Below are positions 28,173-36,298 of a DNA stretch of 61,946 nucleotides, piece by piece. The translations under genes and the position numbers were made by a program. The first letter of the stretch is position 1. Each line of letters begins with the position of its first letter. Origin of the DNA: Planctomycetota bacterium (GTDB taxonomy: Bacteria; Planctomycetota; Planctomycetia; Pirellulales; Pirellulaceae); contig JACTND010000235.1 of assembly GCA_014584305.1 (NCBI GenBank), forward strand, positions 1 through 61,946. Reading direction: 5' to 3'. The notes under the pieces are model-generated. The model was not told the origin of the DNA, ran no database searches, and worked only from the letters and a program-made list of their open reading frames with translations.

Positions 28173-30305
28173 ATGGCACGGGATTACAAAAGAACCTCCG
28201 CTGAAGAGATCCGAAATAGCCAACGGCGGTCGGCGCTTACCGGAATTGGCCTGGCTATCCTTTGCACCCTGGCGTTAGCAGCGAGTCCGATGGGAGCAGT
28301 TATTGATCCCGGCTGGCTCTACGCGCTGGGAACCTTGCCAATGATTGCCGTCGCTAATGGAGCAAGCGTTCTAACGAGAGAAAGGTGGGTCGAGGTTCAC
28401 CGTCGGCGTGAGGTGGCACGAAGGTTCGGAAAGCCGGTATTGGGCGAGCCACCCGATCGCGGCTGCTTCCAGGAGGTCATGAACCAACTACGGGCCGAGG
28501 GCAAAACCATGATCGACCGGTACCTGGTAGGTTTTGAGTTAGCAACTGGGAAACCACTATGGGTTAGCGACGAGGACATGTGCAGCCATGGTTGCGTGTT
28601 CGCGAAAACAGGGGTGGGTAAGACGCTGATGCTGGAAGCCTTGATGTTCCAGCAAATGCTTCGTGGCCGTGCGAGCGGCTGCACGTTCATCGATGCCAAA
28701 CGTGATTCAGGCACGTTGGCACAGATCATCCTGATGGCTCAGGTGGCGGGCCGAATTGAAGACTTGATCGTGATTGACCCGTTCGATCCCGTGCACGCCT
28801 ATAACTTCGTGCTGACCAATCAACGCTCGGACGTGAAGGCTCGAAAAGTGTTGCGTGCTGGCTTGCCGCCCACTTCGGATCAGAGCACCACCAAGCACTA
28901 CGATCGATTGGCCGCCGACGCCGTGGCCCGCATGGTGCGGGCCTTGGAAAGCATCGGATTGTCCTGGTCGATTCACGACGTGGCGGTGGCTCTCTCCGCA
29001 TTCAATCTGTCCTATCCGCATCTGAAGAAAATGCTGCAAAGCATCGGAGCTACGCAAGCGTTGATCGAACTTGGGCACCTTGCGTCAAGTTACCGGGGGA
29101 CACGCGGTGCTATTGACGCTGCCAAACTGACGGACAATTTGCGCGGAATCGCTTCAGAGCTTCATGCCATTTCCGGCAGTTCCATGGGACCAGTGTTCTG
29201 TGCAAACTATACGGATCTCGTCCTTACGGATGCGATGCTGAGGGGGAAGATTGTTTACTTCATGCTCCCACGGCTGGAAGAGGCCGAGGGTGCGGCGCGC
29301 ATGGTCAAACTGTTTCGTGAGGACCTGGAAGTCTCAATCGGCGAAATCACATCGTCTCGACACCATCGGTTGGAGGATCCGCATCTGGTCATCATCGACG
29401 AGGGATCGTCGACCTTTGGTCCAACCTGGGCCAATTTGTTTGAACTGGCTAGAAAGGGTCGATTTGCGCTTTTTTTTGGCGCTCAATCGACGGGAGGATT
29501 GACCGACACTTCACTTGGTCTCAGTGAGGCGTTCTTTGAACGCGTTATGGCCAACGTCGGCCTGAAAGTGATGATGCGAGTTGGCGACAATCGCACCGCA
29601 CAAGAAATGGCCGAGTGGTTCGGAAAAGTGTCAACGGTCCGAACGTCTTTTGGGATGGGAGTTTCGAAGAACACTTCTGGTCGAGCGTTGCACGGCGGGA
29701 TGGATCCCCAAGCCAGATCTGGCGACGGCGAGTCGCGAACCGTTAACGTCGCAGAAGATGAGGACTATATCGTGAGCCCGGAGGAACTGAAGCACGAGAT
29801 GTCCAGCGAAAAGGGACTGGCGTGGTTTGACCTTGGGGACGGGAATATCGTGAAGGGCCGGGCAGTCTGGTTCAATGCCGAGATTCCCAGCAACTGGGAT
29901 GGCCGCGAGCACTTGGTTCGCCTGGAGCGTCGCGAAACAGATGAACTCGCGCTCGCGGCCTGGGTTGATCAACAAATCCTGTTGGAAGAAGCCGCAGCCA
30001 CGGCATACACGGGCAGGGAGCCACAGGCAGTGCAAGGAGAGGGAGTTAATCCAAATCGAAGTGATGGCGGAAGTCCGAAAGCTCCGGGAGGCGTGGACAC
30101 CACGTCCGACAAGTCTGAAAGCAAACCCTTCAAGATTGATACAAGCTTGAGCAAGCGAGTGTCTGGGGCTGTTCGTGAACTCCAGGCTGCCAGCCTTGCC
30201 GATTCATCGACGACCAAAAACGCAGAAAGGCAAAAGTTCAAGCCAGGCTCGATTCCCAAGGGTCGATTCCGGTTAGGTCGGTCAAAATCGATAGGCAGGG
30301 CATAG
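28173..30305 (+). CDS. second T4CP-like (TraD/VirD4/DotL-type, FtsK-HerA superfamily) membrane ATPase
   Basis: 710 aa. Two N-terminal TM helices. Walker A FAKTGVGKT, then TFIDAKRDSG...LIVIDPFDP...YNF (T4CP-like), Walker B HLVIIDEGSS. Charged low-complexity tail. Confidence 0.65.
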   Translation: MARDYKRTSAEEIRNSQRRSALTGIGLAILCTLALAASPMGAVIDPGWLYALGTLPMIAVANGASVLTRERWVEVHRRREVARRFGKPVLGEPPDRGCFQEVMNQLRAEGKTMIDRYLVGFELATGKPLWVSDEDMCSHGCVFAKTGVGKTLMLEALMFQQMLRGRASGCTFIDAKRDSGTLAQIILMAQVAGRIEDLIVIDPFDPVHAYNFVLTNQRSDVKARKVLRAGLPPTSDQSTTKHYDRLAADAVARMVRALESIGLSWSIHDVAVALSAFNLSYPHLKKMLQSIGATQALIELGHLASSYRGTRGAIDAAKLTDNLRGIASELHAISGSSMGPVFCANYTDLVLTDAMLRGKIVYFMLPRLEEAEGAARMVKLFREDLEVSIGEITSSRHHRLEDPHLVIIDEGSSTFGPTWANLFELARKGRFALFFGAQSTGGLTDTSLGLSEAFFERVMANVGLKVMMRVGDNRTAQEMAEWFGKVSTVRTSFGMGVSKNTSGRALHGGMDPQARSGDGESRTVNVAEDEDYIVSPEELKHEMSSEKGLAWFDLGDGNIVKGRAVWFNAEIPSNWDGREHLVRLERRETDELALAAWVDQQILLEEAAATAYTGREPQAVQGEGVNPNRSDGGSPKAPGGVDTTSDKSESKPFKIDTSLSKRVSGAVRELQAASLADSSTTKNAERQKFKPGSIPKGRFRLGRSKSIGRA

Positions 30306-30317
30306 GAATTCGAGAAC

Positions 30318-31292
30318 TCAAATGCGAATCCTTTCAACCTCATCCAAAGTGATTTCGTCGCTTGTCCGGTCGTAAAGCTTGGTGGTTCGAGGCGACTCAT
30401 GTGCGGCAATGGCTTGGGCGTTTTCGATGGTGCCTCCGTTTTCCAGGTAGGCCGTGATCCCCGTTGCTCGAAAAGTATGGCAGCCAATTCGAGCCTTGAT
30501 TCCCGCTGCTCGGGCACGGCGTCGGACCATTCGATAGGCATCATGCCGCGAGAGCGGCCGCGATGTTAATTGGCCAGCCTTCCCCTGCACACTCCGGAAG
30601 AGGGGAGCTTCCCGGTCAACGCCGATTCCAGCCGCTTGAATGTAGGCGTCGAGATATTCGACGACCTTGTGATGAGCCGGAACCTCGTGGTCTTTGCCTC
30701 CTTTTTCATGAAGCCGCAACGAATGTCGTTTTCCGATCTGCAAGTAGTCGCCGACTCGCATCTTGACCACGGCACTGACTCGGGCGAACGAGTAAATCAT
30801 CACCCCAATCAAAGCCCGGTCGCGCAGCCCGACCAACTGGTCGATTTTGATGCTCTCCAGCAACCTGCGGGCTTCGTCGGCCGTCAAAACCGGCGTCTTG
30901 CCACGTTTGACCACATATTTCGGTCCGCGAACCGACGAGGCCGGGTTCATCGGCAGGATTTGACCGACAACCAGCCAATCGAAACACATGCGGATCGCAG
31001 CCAGGTTCTGCTTTACGGTCGGCTTGGAATAATCGGCGCTAAGTTGTTCCACGTACGCCGCCACGATCATCGGCTCGATATCGAGCAATTCAATCCGCCG
31101 CTCATCGCACCAAGCAAAGAACTCGGTCAACGCCCGATGGTACGCTTCCCGGGTATTCCGGTTCCGAATGTTGGCCGTGAAGAACTCAAAGTACCGCTTG
31201 ACCGCCTTGGCCCCCGACTGGCGGATCAACCCCGGCGCCGCCATCGCCAGGCGGGTAGAAACAGCATTTGAAGTGGTCGGAAGTCGGCTCAA
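30318..31292 (-). CDS. tyrosine recombinase (XerC/D-like site-specific integrase)
   Basis: 324 aa. YFEFFTANIRNRNTREAYHRAL (SAM-like N-domain). Catalytic residues in LRDRAL, HEKGGKDHEVP, CHTFRATGIT, AHESPRTTKLY. TTG start at 31292; alternative ATG at MAAPGLIR. Confidence 0.8.
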   Translation of the reverse strand: MSRLPTTSNAVSTRLAMAAPGLIRQSGAKAVKRYFEFFTANIRNRNTREAYHRALTEFFAWCDERRIELLDIEPMIVAAYVEQLSADYSKPTVKQNLAAIRMCFDWLVVGQILPMNPASSVRGPKYVVKRGKTPVLTADEARRLLESIKIDQLVGLRDRALIGVMIYSFARVSAVVKMRVGDYLQIGKRHSLRLHEKGGKDHEVPAHHKVVEYLDAYIQAAGIGVDREAPLFRSVQGKAGQLTSRPLSRHDAYRMVRRRARAAGIKARIGCHTFRATGITAYLENGGTIENAQAIAAHESPRTTKLYDRTSDEITLDEVERIRI

Positions 31293-31306
31293 TTACCTCC
31301 TATAGA

Positions 31307-31338
31307 TCGTGAACCATAACGTCCTTTAGGGTTCACGA
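31307..31338. promoter_or_regulatory. 9-bp inverted repeat (TCGTGAACC N14 GGTTCACGA) just upstream of the recombinase start
   Basis: Read directly from the sequence. It sits 15-46 nt upstream of the TTG start at 31292. Candidate operator or recombinase-binding site. Confidence 0.4.
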
Positions 31339-31431
31339 AAATCGCCGCTTTGGCAAGATAGAATTACTGAAGCGAACACAGTTAGGCAGCTGTAATTCTT
31401 ATTGGACAGGCCGAACAACGAGAATCGCCGG

Positions 31432-31719
31432 TCATCGTCGGCGTTTGGCGTCGTTGACTGCTTCACTAATCGCCGACTCCATGTCGGAATCTGTAACGCC
31501 CCTGTCGCAAGCATTTCCATGGGCCTTTTCGAGAATGGCGTTAATGATCTGCTTGGCGCTCCTTTTGTTTCCGGGCGTCGGCAACCGGCTTGGAAAGTAA
31601 CCCGAAATGAAAACGCGTTGGCCTTTGCTTACAGGCTTGTCGAACAAACGTTCCAAGGCCGCGCGGTCGACTGCCGAAAGCTCCTCTACCCTGATGTCGT
31701 TAAAGAGTTGTCTTTCCAT
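31432..31719 (-). CDS. hypothetical small protein
   Basis: 95-aa ORF with a plausible composition (MERQLFNDIRVEELSAVDRAALERLFDKP...). No recognised motif. Confidence 0.4.
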   Translation of the reverse strand: MERQLFNDIRVEELSAVDRAALERLFDKPVSKGQRVFISGYFPSRLPTPGNKRSAKQIINAILEKAHGNACDRGVTDSDMESAISEAVNDAKRRR

Positions 31720-31797
31720 GGCCGGATTTTAGCAGGATCCGGTCGGAAACTCACGGCAATTCGAGTTTCGCAATCGGGGAATCACCGTCTGGGAAAT

Positions 31798-31868
31798 CGC
31801 CAACAGGTCACGAGGCAGGCTAAATCCGCCTCAAGGGGCTTGGTACCGATGGAGCCCCGCTATTGGCG
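31798..31868. repeat. structured ~70-nt repeat, copy A (three-helix junction)
   Basis: CGCCAACAGGTCACGAGGCAGGCTAAATCCGCCTCAAGGGGCTTGGTACCGATGGAGCCCCGCTATTGGCG. Shares its fold and junction sequence with copies at 33312-33390 and 39487-39561. Confidence 0.7.
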
Positions 31869-31937
31869 AAAAAGAGAGCGAACAATCGACCGCTCTGCGG
31901 CGGTTTCCAGCCATGATGCTTGGCTAAAACGTCATGC

Positions 31938-31966
31938 TTGACAAATATGTCACGTTATCGTATGAT
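31938..31966 (+). promoter_or_regulatory. sigma70-like promoter (TTGACA - 17 nt - TATGAT) for the 31986 operon
   Basis: -35 TTGACA at 31938-31943, 17-nt spacer, -10 TATGAT at 31961-31966. AAGGA Shine-Dalgarno immediately before the ATG at 31986. Confidence 0.45.
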
Positions 31967-31985
31967 TGTTGTCGAGGATTAAGGA

Positions 31986-32525
31986 ATGGTGCCACAGTTT
32001 GACGAAAACGGCGTGTTGCCTCCGGGTGATTACCCGCTGACGCTCGACCAGCTTCGGGAATCCTTGTTAGTGGAAGGATCACAACTCTCCTCGCATTGGG
32101 ATCGCGACTGGCGTTTGGCTTTGGTCGAAAACCTGTCGGTAATGTGTCGGCAGCTCTGGCAAGTTGGCATCGTGGAGATATTCGTCAACGGGTCGTTCGT
32201 GGAAGACAAAGATCATCCCAATGACATCGACGGCTACTTCGTTTGTGATTTTCGGCGCCTTGCCAGCGGCGACTTGCAACGCGAGTTGAACGTGCTCGAT
32301 CCGCACAAGATCTGGACCTGGGACCCTGCTTCACGGCGGCCCTATCGTGGGTACCCCAAGAAGCAATTGCCCATGTGGCATATTTATCGCGTCGAGCTAT
32401 ATCCGCATTACGGCCAATCGTCTGGGATCCGCGACAAGTTTGGGCACGAGTTGGAATTTCCTTCCGCTTTTCGGCAATCCCGCCGGGACGGAAAGCCCAA
32501 AGGAATCGTGCAAATCGTGAGGTGA
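31986..32525 (+). CDS. minimal nucleotidyltransferase-fold protein (DUF6932-like)
   Basis: 179 aa. VPQFDENGVLPPGDYPLTLDQLRESL... and the NTase-like IFVNGSFVEDKDHPNDIDGYF motif (GS...D.D). Confidence 0.55.
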   Translation: MVPQFDENGVLPPGDYPLTLDQLRESLLVEGSQLSSHWDRDWRLALVENLSVMCRQLWQVGIVEIFVNGSFVEDKDHPNDIDGYFVCDFRRLASGDLQRELNVLDPHKIWTWDPASRRPYRGYPKKQLPMWHIYRVELYPHYGQSSGIRDKFGHELEFPSAFRQSRRDGKPKGIVQIVR

Positions 32526-32528
32526 TTT

Positions 32529-32990
32529 ATGATTAAGAGCGAAACAGAGTATCAACAAGCCGTTGAGCGAATTAAGGATGAGGCGCAGCGAATCAAGGCA
32601 CAGCAAAAGGAGCTACAGGGGCTAGATCTATCCAAGGAGGAGATCAAGCGAGTCCTTGACCCGATGCGATCATTTCATGAGCAGCTCAAGGAAGAAGTCG
32701 ACAGTTATGAGAAGCTGAAACGCGGCGAATTTGAGGAAGTCCGCAACTTTGAAGGGATGGGCCGATTGTTGGTCGCCTTGCGAATCGCTCAAGGACTTTC
32801 TCAGCGTGAACTGGCCGAGCGACTAAACGTACACGAGTCTCAAGTCTCCCGCGATGAACGGAACGAGTACCACGGTATCTCGGTCGATCGTATCAAGCGA
32901 ATCCTCGACGCTCTGGGTGCGGAGGTTCGTACATCAGTCGTTACTTTTGGCGAAAGCGTCGCCACCGGCCGCGAGCCCGTTTCGACTTAA
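32529..32990 (+). CDS. XRE-family helix-turn-helix protein with N-terminal coiled coil
   Basis: 153 aa. LRIAQGLSQRELAERLNVHESQVSRDERNEYHGISVDRIKRILDALG. Starts 3 nt after the preceding stop. Confidence 0.7.
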   Translation: MIKSETEYQQAVERIKDEAQRIKAQQKELQGLDLSKEEIKRVLDPMRSFHEQLKEEVDSYEKLKRGEFEEVRNFEGMGRLLVALRIAQGLSQRELAERLNVHESQVSRDERNEYHGISVDRIKRILDALGAEVRTSVVTFGESVATGREPVST

Positions 32991-33023
32991 TTGAGTCGGC
33001 TCGCTGGGGACAGGATGTGTTAG

Positions 33024-33239
33024 TCACTCCTCAGGCGGGCCCGACCTCTCCTGTGCAGCGTCGTCGGCAATTGGGTACATTCCCAAACGACAAAGCAGCC
33101 CACCTACGCTGATTGAGGGGTACCGATCCTCCTCTGCAGCAACGCGCCGCAGCCAGTCTTCGCTGGGCACGAGATTGATTTCTTTTGGATCCGGGTCGCT
33201 TTTCTCGTATGTCATGTTACAGCCAATTATGCTTTGCAA
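33024..33239 (-). CDS. hypothetical small protein (weak call)
   Basis: 71-aa ORF with no motif. It may be spurious. Confidence 0.25.
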   Translation of the reverse strand: MQSIIGCNMTYEKSDPDPKEINLVPSEDWLRRVAAEEDRYPSISVGGLLCRLGMYPIADDAAQERSGPPEE

Positions 33240-33311
33240 TTGGCGGCAAAGTCAATTCTGATTGTAATCGAAACGGTCCGAAGGGCCGCAGTGTAGCCTC
33301 GAACTGTTCAG

Positions 33312-33390
33312 CCACTTTTCGCCAACAGGTTACGAGGCAGGCAAAGGCCTCCTCAAGGGGCTTTGAATCGGTGGAGCCCCACTGGCAAAG
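33312..33390. repeat. structured ~70-nt repeat, copy B
   Basis: ..CTTTTCGCCAACAGGTTACGAGGCAGGCAAAGGCCTCCTCAAGGGGCTTTGAATCGGTGGAGCCCCACTGGCAAAG.. The helices are retained with different sequence. Confidence 0.65.
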
Positions 33391-33517
33391 AAACCAATAC
33401 GCTGTTAGTCAGGCACGCACGATTCGAGAATGCGGACTGCTCGCTTTGGTTGATGCGAACGCTGCGAGTTGCAGCGTTGGCGAATCGACAGCGATGGCAT
33501 CGCCTCAGCGAAAAAGT

Positions 33518-33545
33518 TTGCCGATTCTTACACTCTCGCTAGAAT
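33518..33545 (+). promoter_or_regulatory. possible promoter (TTGCCG - 16 nt - TAGAAT) for the 33573 gene
   Basis: Read directly from the sequence. The -10 element ends 28 nt before the ATG. Confidence 0.3.
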
Positions 33546-33572
33546 GACCACGTCTTTAGATTTAGTAACGGA

Positions 33573-34238
33573 GTGACCATGTTCGACGAAATATTGCGCG
33601 AATTGCGACGGATGCCAAAAACATTCACTATTCCAATTGAATTGCCTCTTGATGAAAAGGGCTACCTTGACCGAGCGTGTCATCAGCGTGAATGTACATG
33701 CCAATTCAAGGTCATGGAGCAGGATTGGATTAACAAAGTGAGAGATGAAGCCGCGTTTTGCCCCAAATGCGGCGGAGCATCCCCGGCAGACGAATTCAAT
33801 ACGGAAGCCCAGCAGAGATTCATCAAAAAGGTGGGCGAGAGGTTTGCGGCTGAACAACTCGACAAGACCATGAAAAGGGCAATTAGGCGGACACGACCGC
33901 AGAAGGTTAGCGCGGGCCTTTTCAACATTGAAATGACTCTGTCGTATACATCCGAGCGGGTCCAAAGGCCGATCGCCCACAAAGCCAATGAGGTACTGCG
34001 GCAAGATTTTGAGTGTTCGGAATGCAATTGTAGGTATTCGACGATTGGCGCTGGATATTTCTGCCCGGCGTGCGGGCACAACTCGGCAGAGCGAGACTTT
34101 GCACAGACGGTGGAAACGACGCTGAGGGCAGTTGACTTGCTGGGGCAAATCAAGGCAACGGTTATTGAGCATGCCGATGCTGATGTCGCCGAAGATCTTC
34201 AGCAGCAAATGATGAAAGTCAAATCGAAAATCTCGTGA
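33573..34238 (+). CDS. double zinc-ribbon protein, function unknown
   Basis: 221 aa. CHQRECTC...CPKCGG and CSECNC...CPACGH Cys4 pairs. GGAG 9 nt upstream of the ATG. The 33528..34208 minus ORF is its shadow. Confidence 0.6.
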   Translation: MTMFDEILRELRRMPKTFTIPIELPLDEKGYLDRACHQRECTCQFKVMEQDWINKVRDEAAFCPKCGGASPADEFNTEAQQRFIKKVGERFAAEQLDKTMKRAIRRTRPQKVSAGLFNIEMTLSYTSERVQRPIAHKANEVLRQDFECSECNCRYSTIGAGYFCPACGHNSAERDFAQTVETTLRAVDLLGQIKATVIEHADADVAEDLQQQMMKVKSKIS

Positions 34239-34600
34239 CGGCGCTGCAGCGAGTAACGGAATCGATGTACGAAAAACTCCCCGGCATCTCAGCTGCGCCG
34301 TTCAATGTGTTCCAGCGGATGGATGAAGCTTCTGAGCTTTGGCAATCCGCGATTGGGCGAGGTTATGGCGACATTCTCAACGCGACCGAATTTGTGTTTT
34401 TGAAGAAGATGGTGCAACGCCGTCATAAACTTGGGCACTCGCAGGGAATGATTGATAGTAGGTATGTTCGAAATACCGGAGATTCCAATTACCAACCGGG
34501 GCAGCGGCTTGTGGTCAACCAGGCGGATGTTCGTGAACTCGCGAAAGTAGCGACAAAGCTGGTGGCCGGACTTATGCAACACCGGTTAGAAACTCAATGA
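34235..34600 (+). CDS. hypothetical protein; either GTGA-coupled to, or frameshifted from, the preceding zinc-ribbon gene
   Basis: 121 aa with a GTG start overlapping the upstream TGA. Its frame is already open from 34184 (…NDESQIENLVTALQRVTE). Confidence 0.5.
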   Translation: MTALQRVTESMYEKLPGISAAPFNVFQRMDEASELWQSAIGRGYGDILNATEFVFLKKMVQRRHKLGHSQGMIDSRYVRNTGDSNYQPGQRLVVNQADVRELAKVATKLVAGLMQHRLETQ

Positions 34601-34608
34601 GGTTTCGG

Positions 34609-34643
34609 TCAATGCTGGCCGTCGATCTGAGCAGCCAGCATTG
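34609..34643. terminator. hairpin between convergent genes (11-bp stem TCAATGCTGGC / GCCAGCATTGA, 13-nt loop)
   Basis: Read directly from the sequence. Lies between the stop at 34600 (+) and the stop at 34655 (-). Confidence 0.5.
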
Positions 34644-34654
34644 AGCCGAATACT

Positions 34655-35122
34655 TCAGAAGGATTCGTTGTTGAGCACGGAATGGGCGCCAGCTGCGGTG
34701 ACGATCAAAGAGTCGATTAGCGTAATTCCCATCAGCTCACCGGCCTTGGAAAGGCGTTGCGTAATGTCCAGATCTTCGCGGCTTGGCGTCAAGGATCCCG
34801 ACGGGTGATTGTGAGCCACGATAAAAGCACGGGCCCCGACAAGGACGGCACGTTGAAACACTTCCCGGGGATGAACGAGCGACGAATTCGCAGTGCCGGT
34901 CGAGATCACAGAGAAGCTCGCGACTTGATTTGCTCCATCCAGATATAACGCGACAAAATGCTCGCGGCTGTTGTCCGGCAGTACGTCCCGAATAAACTGC
35001 ACGGCATCGCCAGGGGCAGTCACTTTGAAAGGCGACTCCGTGGACGGCCGATAATTGACGATTACCTCGCGAATGAATTTGTCGGTAAAGCCAGGGTTTG
35101 AGTTCTGAAGTACTTGAAACAT
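34655..35122 (-). CDS. radC: RadC-like JAB/MPN domain protein
   Basis: JAB motif FIVAHNHPSGSLTPSREDLDIT. I place the start at the ATG at 35122, preceded by GGAGGA, rather than at the ORF-track start 35269. Confidence 0.8.
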   Translation of the reverse strand: MFQVLQNSNPGFTDKFIREVIVNYRPSTESPFKVTAPGDAVQFIRDVLPDNSREHFVALYLDGANQVASFSVISTGTANSSLVHPREVFQRAVLVGARAFIVAHNHPSGSLTPSREDLDITQRLSKAGELMGITLIDSLIVTAAGAHSVLNNESF

Positions 35123-35210
35123 GTTCCTCCATGTCTGAAATAGGCAATTTGCCAAGCCTCGACTGGAAGCGAATTCTTCCAAGTCGCCCTTGGCTGGGAG
35201 GAACGTCCAG

Positions 35211-35295
35211 CACGGCAAGTCAAGGTGGAGCCTCGCCGCAGGCGAGCAGCAGCCGCTAAGCCCAGTCAAAATATGCGGCGGACCTTGACGCCGTG
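35211..35295 (-). ncRNA. structured element upstream of radC (copy 1; candidate radC-motif RNA or ssDNA promoter)
   Basis: Long closing helix CACGGCaaGTCAAGGT / ACCTTGACgCCGTG enclosing the hairpin CTCGCC-tgc-GGCGAG (minus-strand sense). Homologous to 37957-38048. Ends 88 nt before the radC ATG. Confidence 0.5.
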
Positions 35296-35328
35296 CTATG
35301 ATCGAAAGACAAGCAAGACCGAGTTAAC

Positions 35329-36195
35329 TTACGATAGCCGCTTTTTCAATTTGCGGACGACTCGTTTTGCAGGTTTGCCTTTAACCCCGGCTCGGTGATC
35401 TCGGACTGAAGCGGCGACCGCCAAAGTGTCATCAGTGAGTTTTCGATTGGGCCACGGACAGAGGTGCTTTTTCGACATTGGGCACTTTGAACAATTGGGC
35501 TCAGTTTCGAGGCAATAATTGCGACCCAGATTCCAAGCAGGCGAGTCCAGGAGTCCGGGAAACTCGGGGTTAAGCGAGCGGGCGAGATATGTGATCGAGT
35601 CAATTGATTCATTACGTTCCGAGAGGCCAAGACGCCAAAAAACCCGTCGCACCTGAACGTCGACGGAGATGTCTATCGAGAAGTAGTCAGAGAACGGGAC
35701 TTTTAGGTTGCGGGCCAAAATATTGGCTGCCATCGTGGCGATCTTTGGGCCGACGCCTCGAAACTGCAGGAACCGATATACGACTTGAGCACTCGAAGGC
35801 TTGTTGGTCCAGATTCGCGAAGCATCGCCTCCCCAATTCGATCCGATTAGTTGGATGGCGTCGTAGAAATTCCTGCTCATGTCCTCGGCGAAACGATGCA
35901 GTGAGCGCGGCTTCGTCATCAATTTGTAGATGCGAGCCTGCGAGAGCGCCGAGAGTGTGGCAAAAGAAAAGTCTCCAAGCACTCGTGCGAACTCGTAAGG
36001 TATGATCCATGCCCGCTCGGCTTTGACCTGGCGATCCATGATGCAACCAATCACAAAAGCGTGCGGGAAACGTTCAAGATCGTTCAATAACGCATCCGCA
36101 TCAGCGTTGCCGGTAAACTCGTGAAACGCGCTGGAGGAATCTAGCAGTCGTTTCCCCTGCGCAACGAGCTCTTTGACGATTGCTTCCTTGGTCAT
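35329..36195 (-). CDS. HhH-GPD superfamily (endonuclease III-like) DNA glycosylase-like protein
   Basis: 288 aa. Helix-hairpin-helix FLQFRGVGPKIATMAANIL. C-terminal Cys cluster CLETEPNCSKCPMSKKHLC resembles the EndoIII 4Fe-4S loop. Confidence 0.55.
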   Translation of the reverse strand: MTKEAIVKELVAQGKRLLDSSSAFHEFTGNADADALLNDLERFPHAFVIGCIMDRQVKAERAWIIPYEFARVLGDFSFATLSALSQARIYKLMTKPRSLHRFAEDMSRNFYDAIQLIGSNWGGDASRIWTNKPSSAQVVYRFLQFRGVGPKIATMAANILARNLKVPFSDYFSIDISVDVQVRRVFWRLGLSERNESIDSITYLARSLNPEFPGLLDSPAWNLGRNYCLETEPNCSKCPMSKKHLCPWPNRKLTDDTLAVAASVRDHRAGVKGKPAKRVVRKLKKRLS

Positions 36196-36236
36196 ACGTA
36201 GATCCTCTCATTCCGAGCAGTCTGCTTTAACTCTAC

Positions 36237-36278
36237 AAAAAAATGAGGCCTTTGTGGCGTGCATGGAGCAAAGACCTC
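36237..36278 (-). terminator. rho-independent terminator on the minus strand
   Basis: Minus-strand GAGGTCTTTG-(14 nt)-CAAAGGCCTC followed by a run of seven T, 21 nt after the stop at 36299. Confidence 0.6.
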
Positions 36279-36298
36279 TTGGGAAAACCTCGGTTCGA

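Noticed and set aside
28781-28791. 11-nt match (gttcgatcccg) to the tRNA-Phe T-arm as a candidate attR
   Set aside because: It is too short, lies inside the T4CP-like coding sequence, and has no extension of identity on either side.
33528-34208. 226-aa minus-strand ORF opposite the zinc-ribbon gene
   Set aside because: The plus-strand frame has paired CxxC ribbons, a Shine-Dalgarno and a plausible promoter. The minus frame has no motif.
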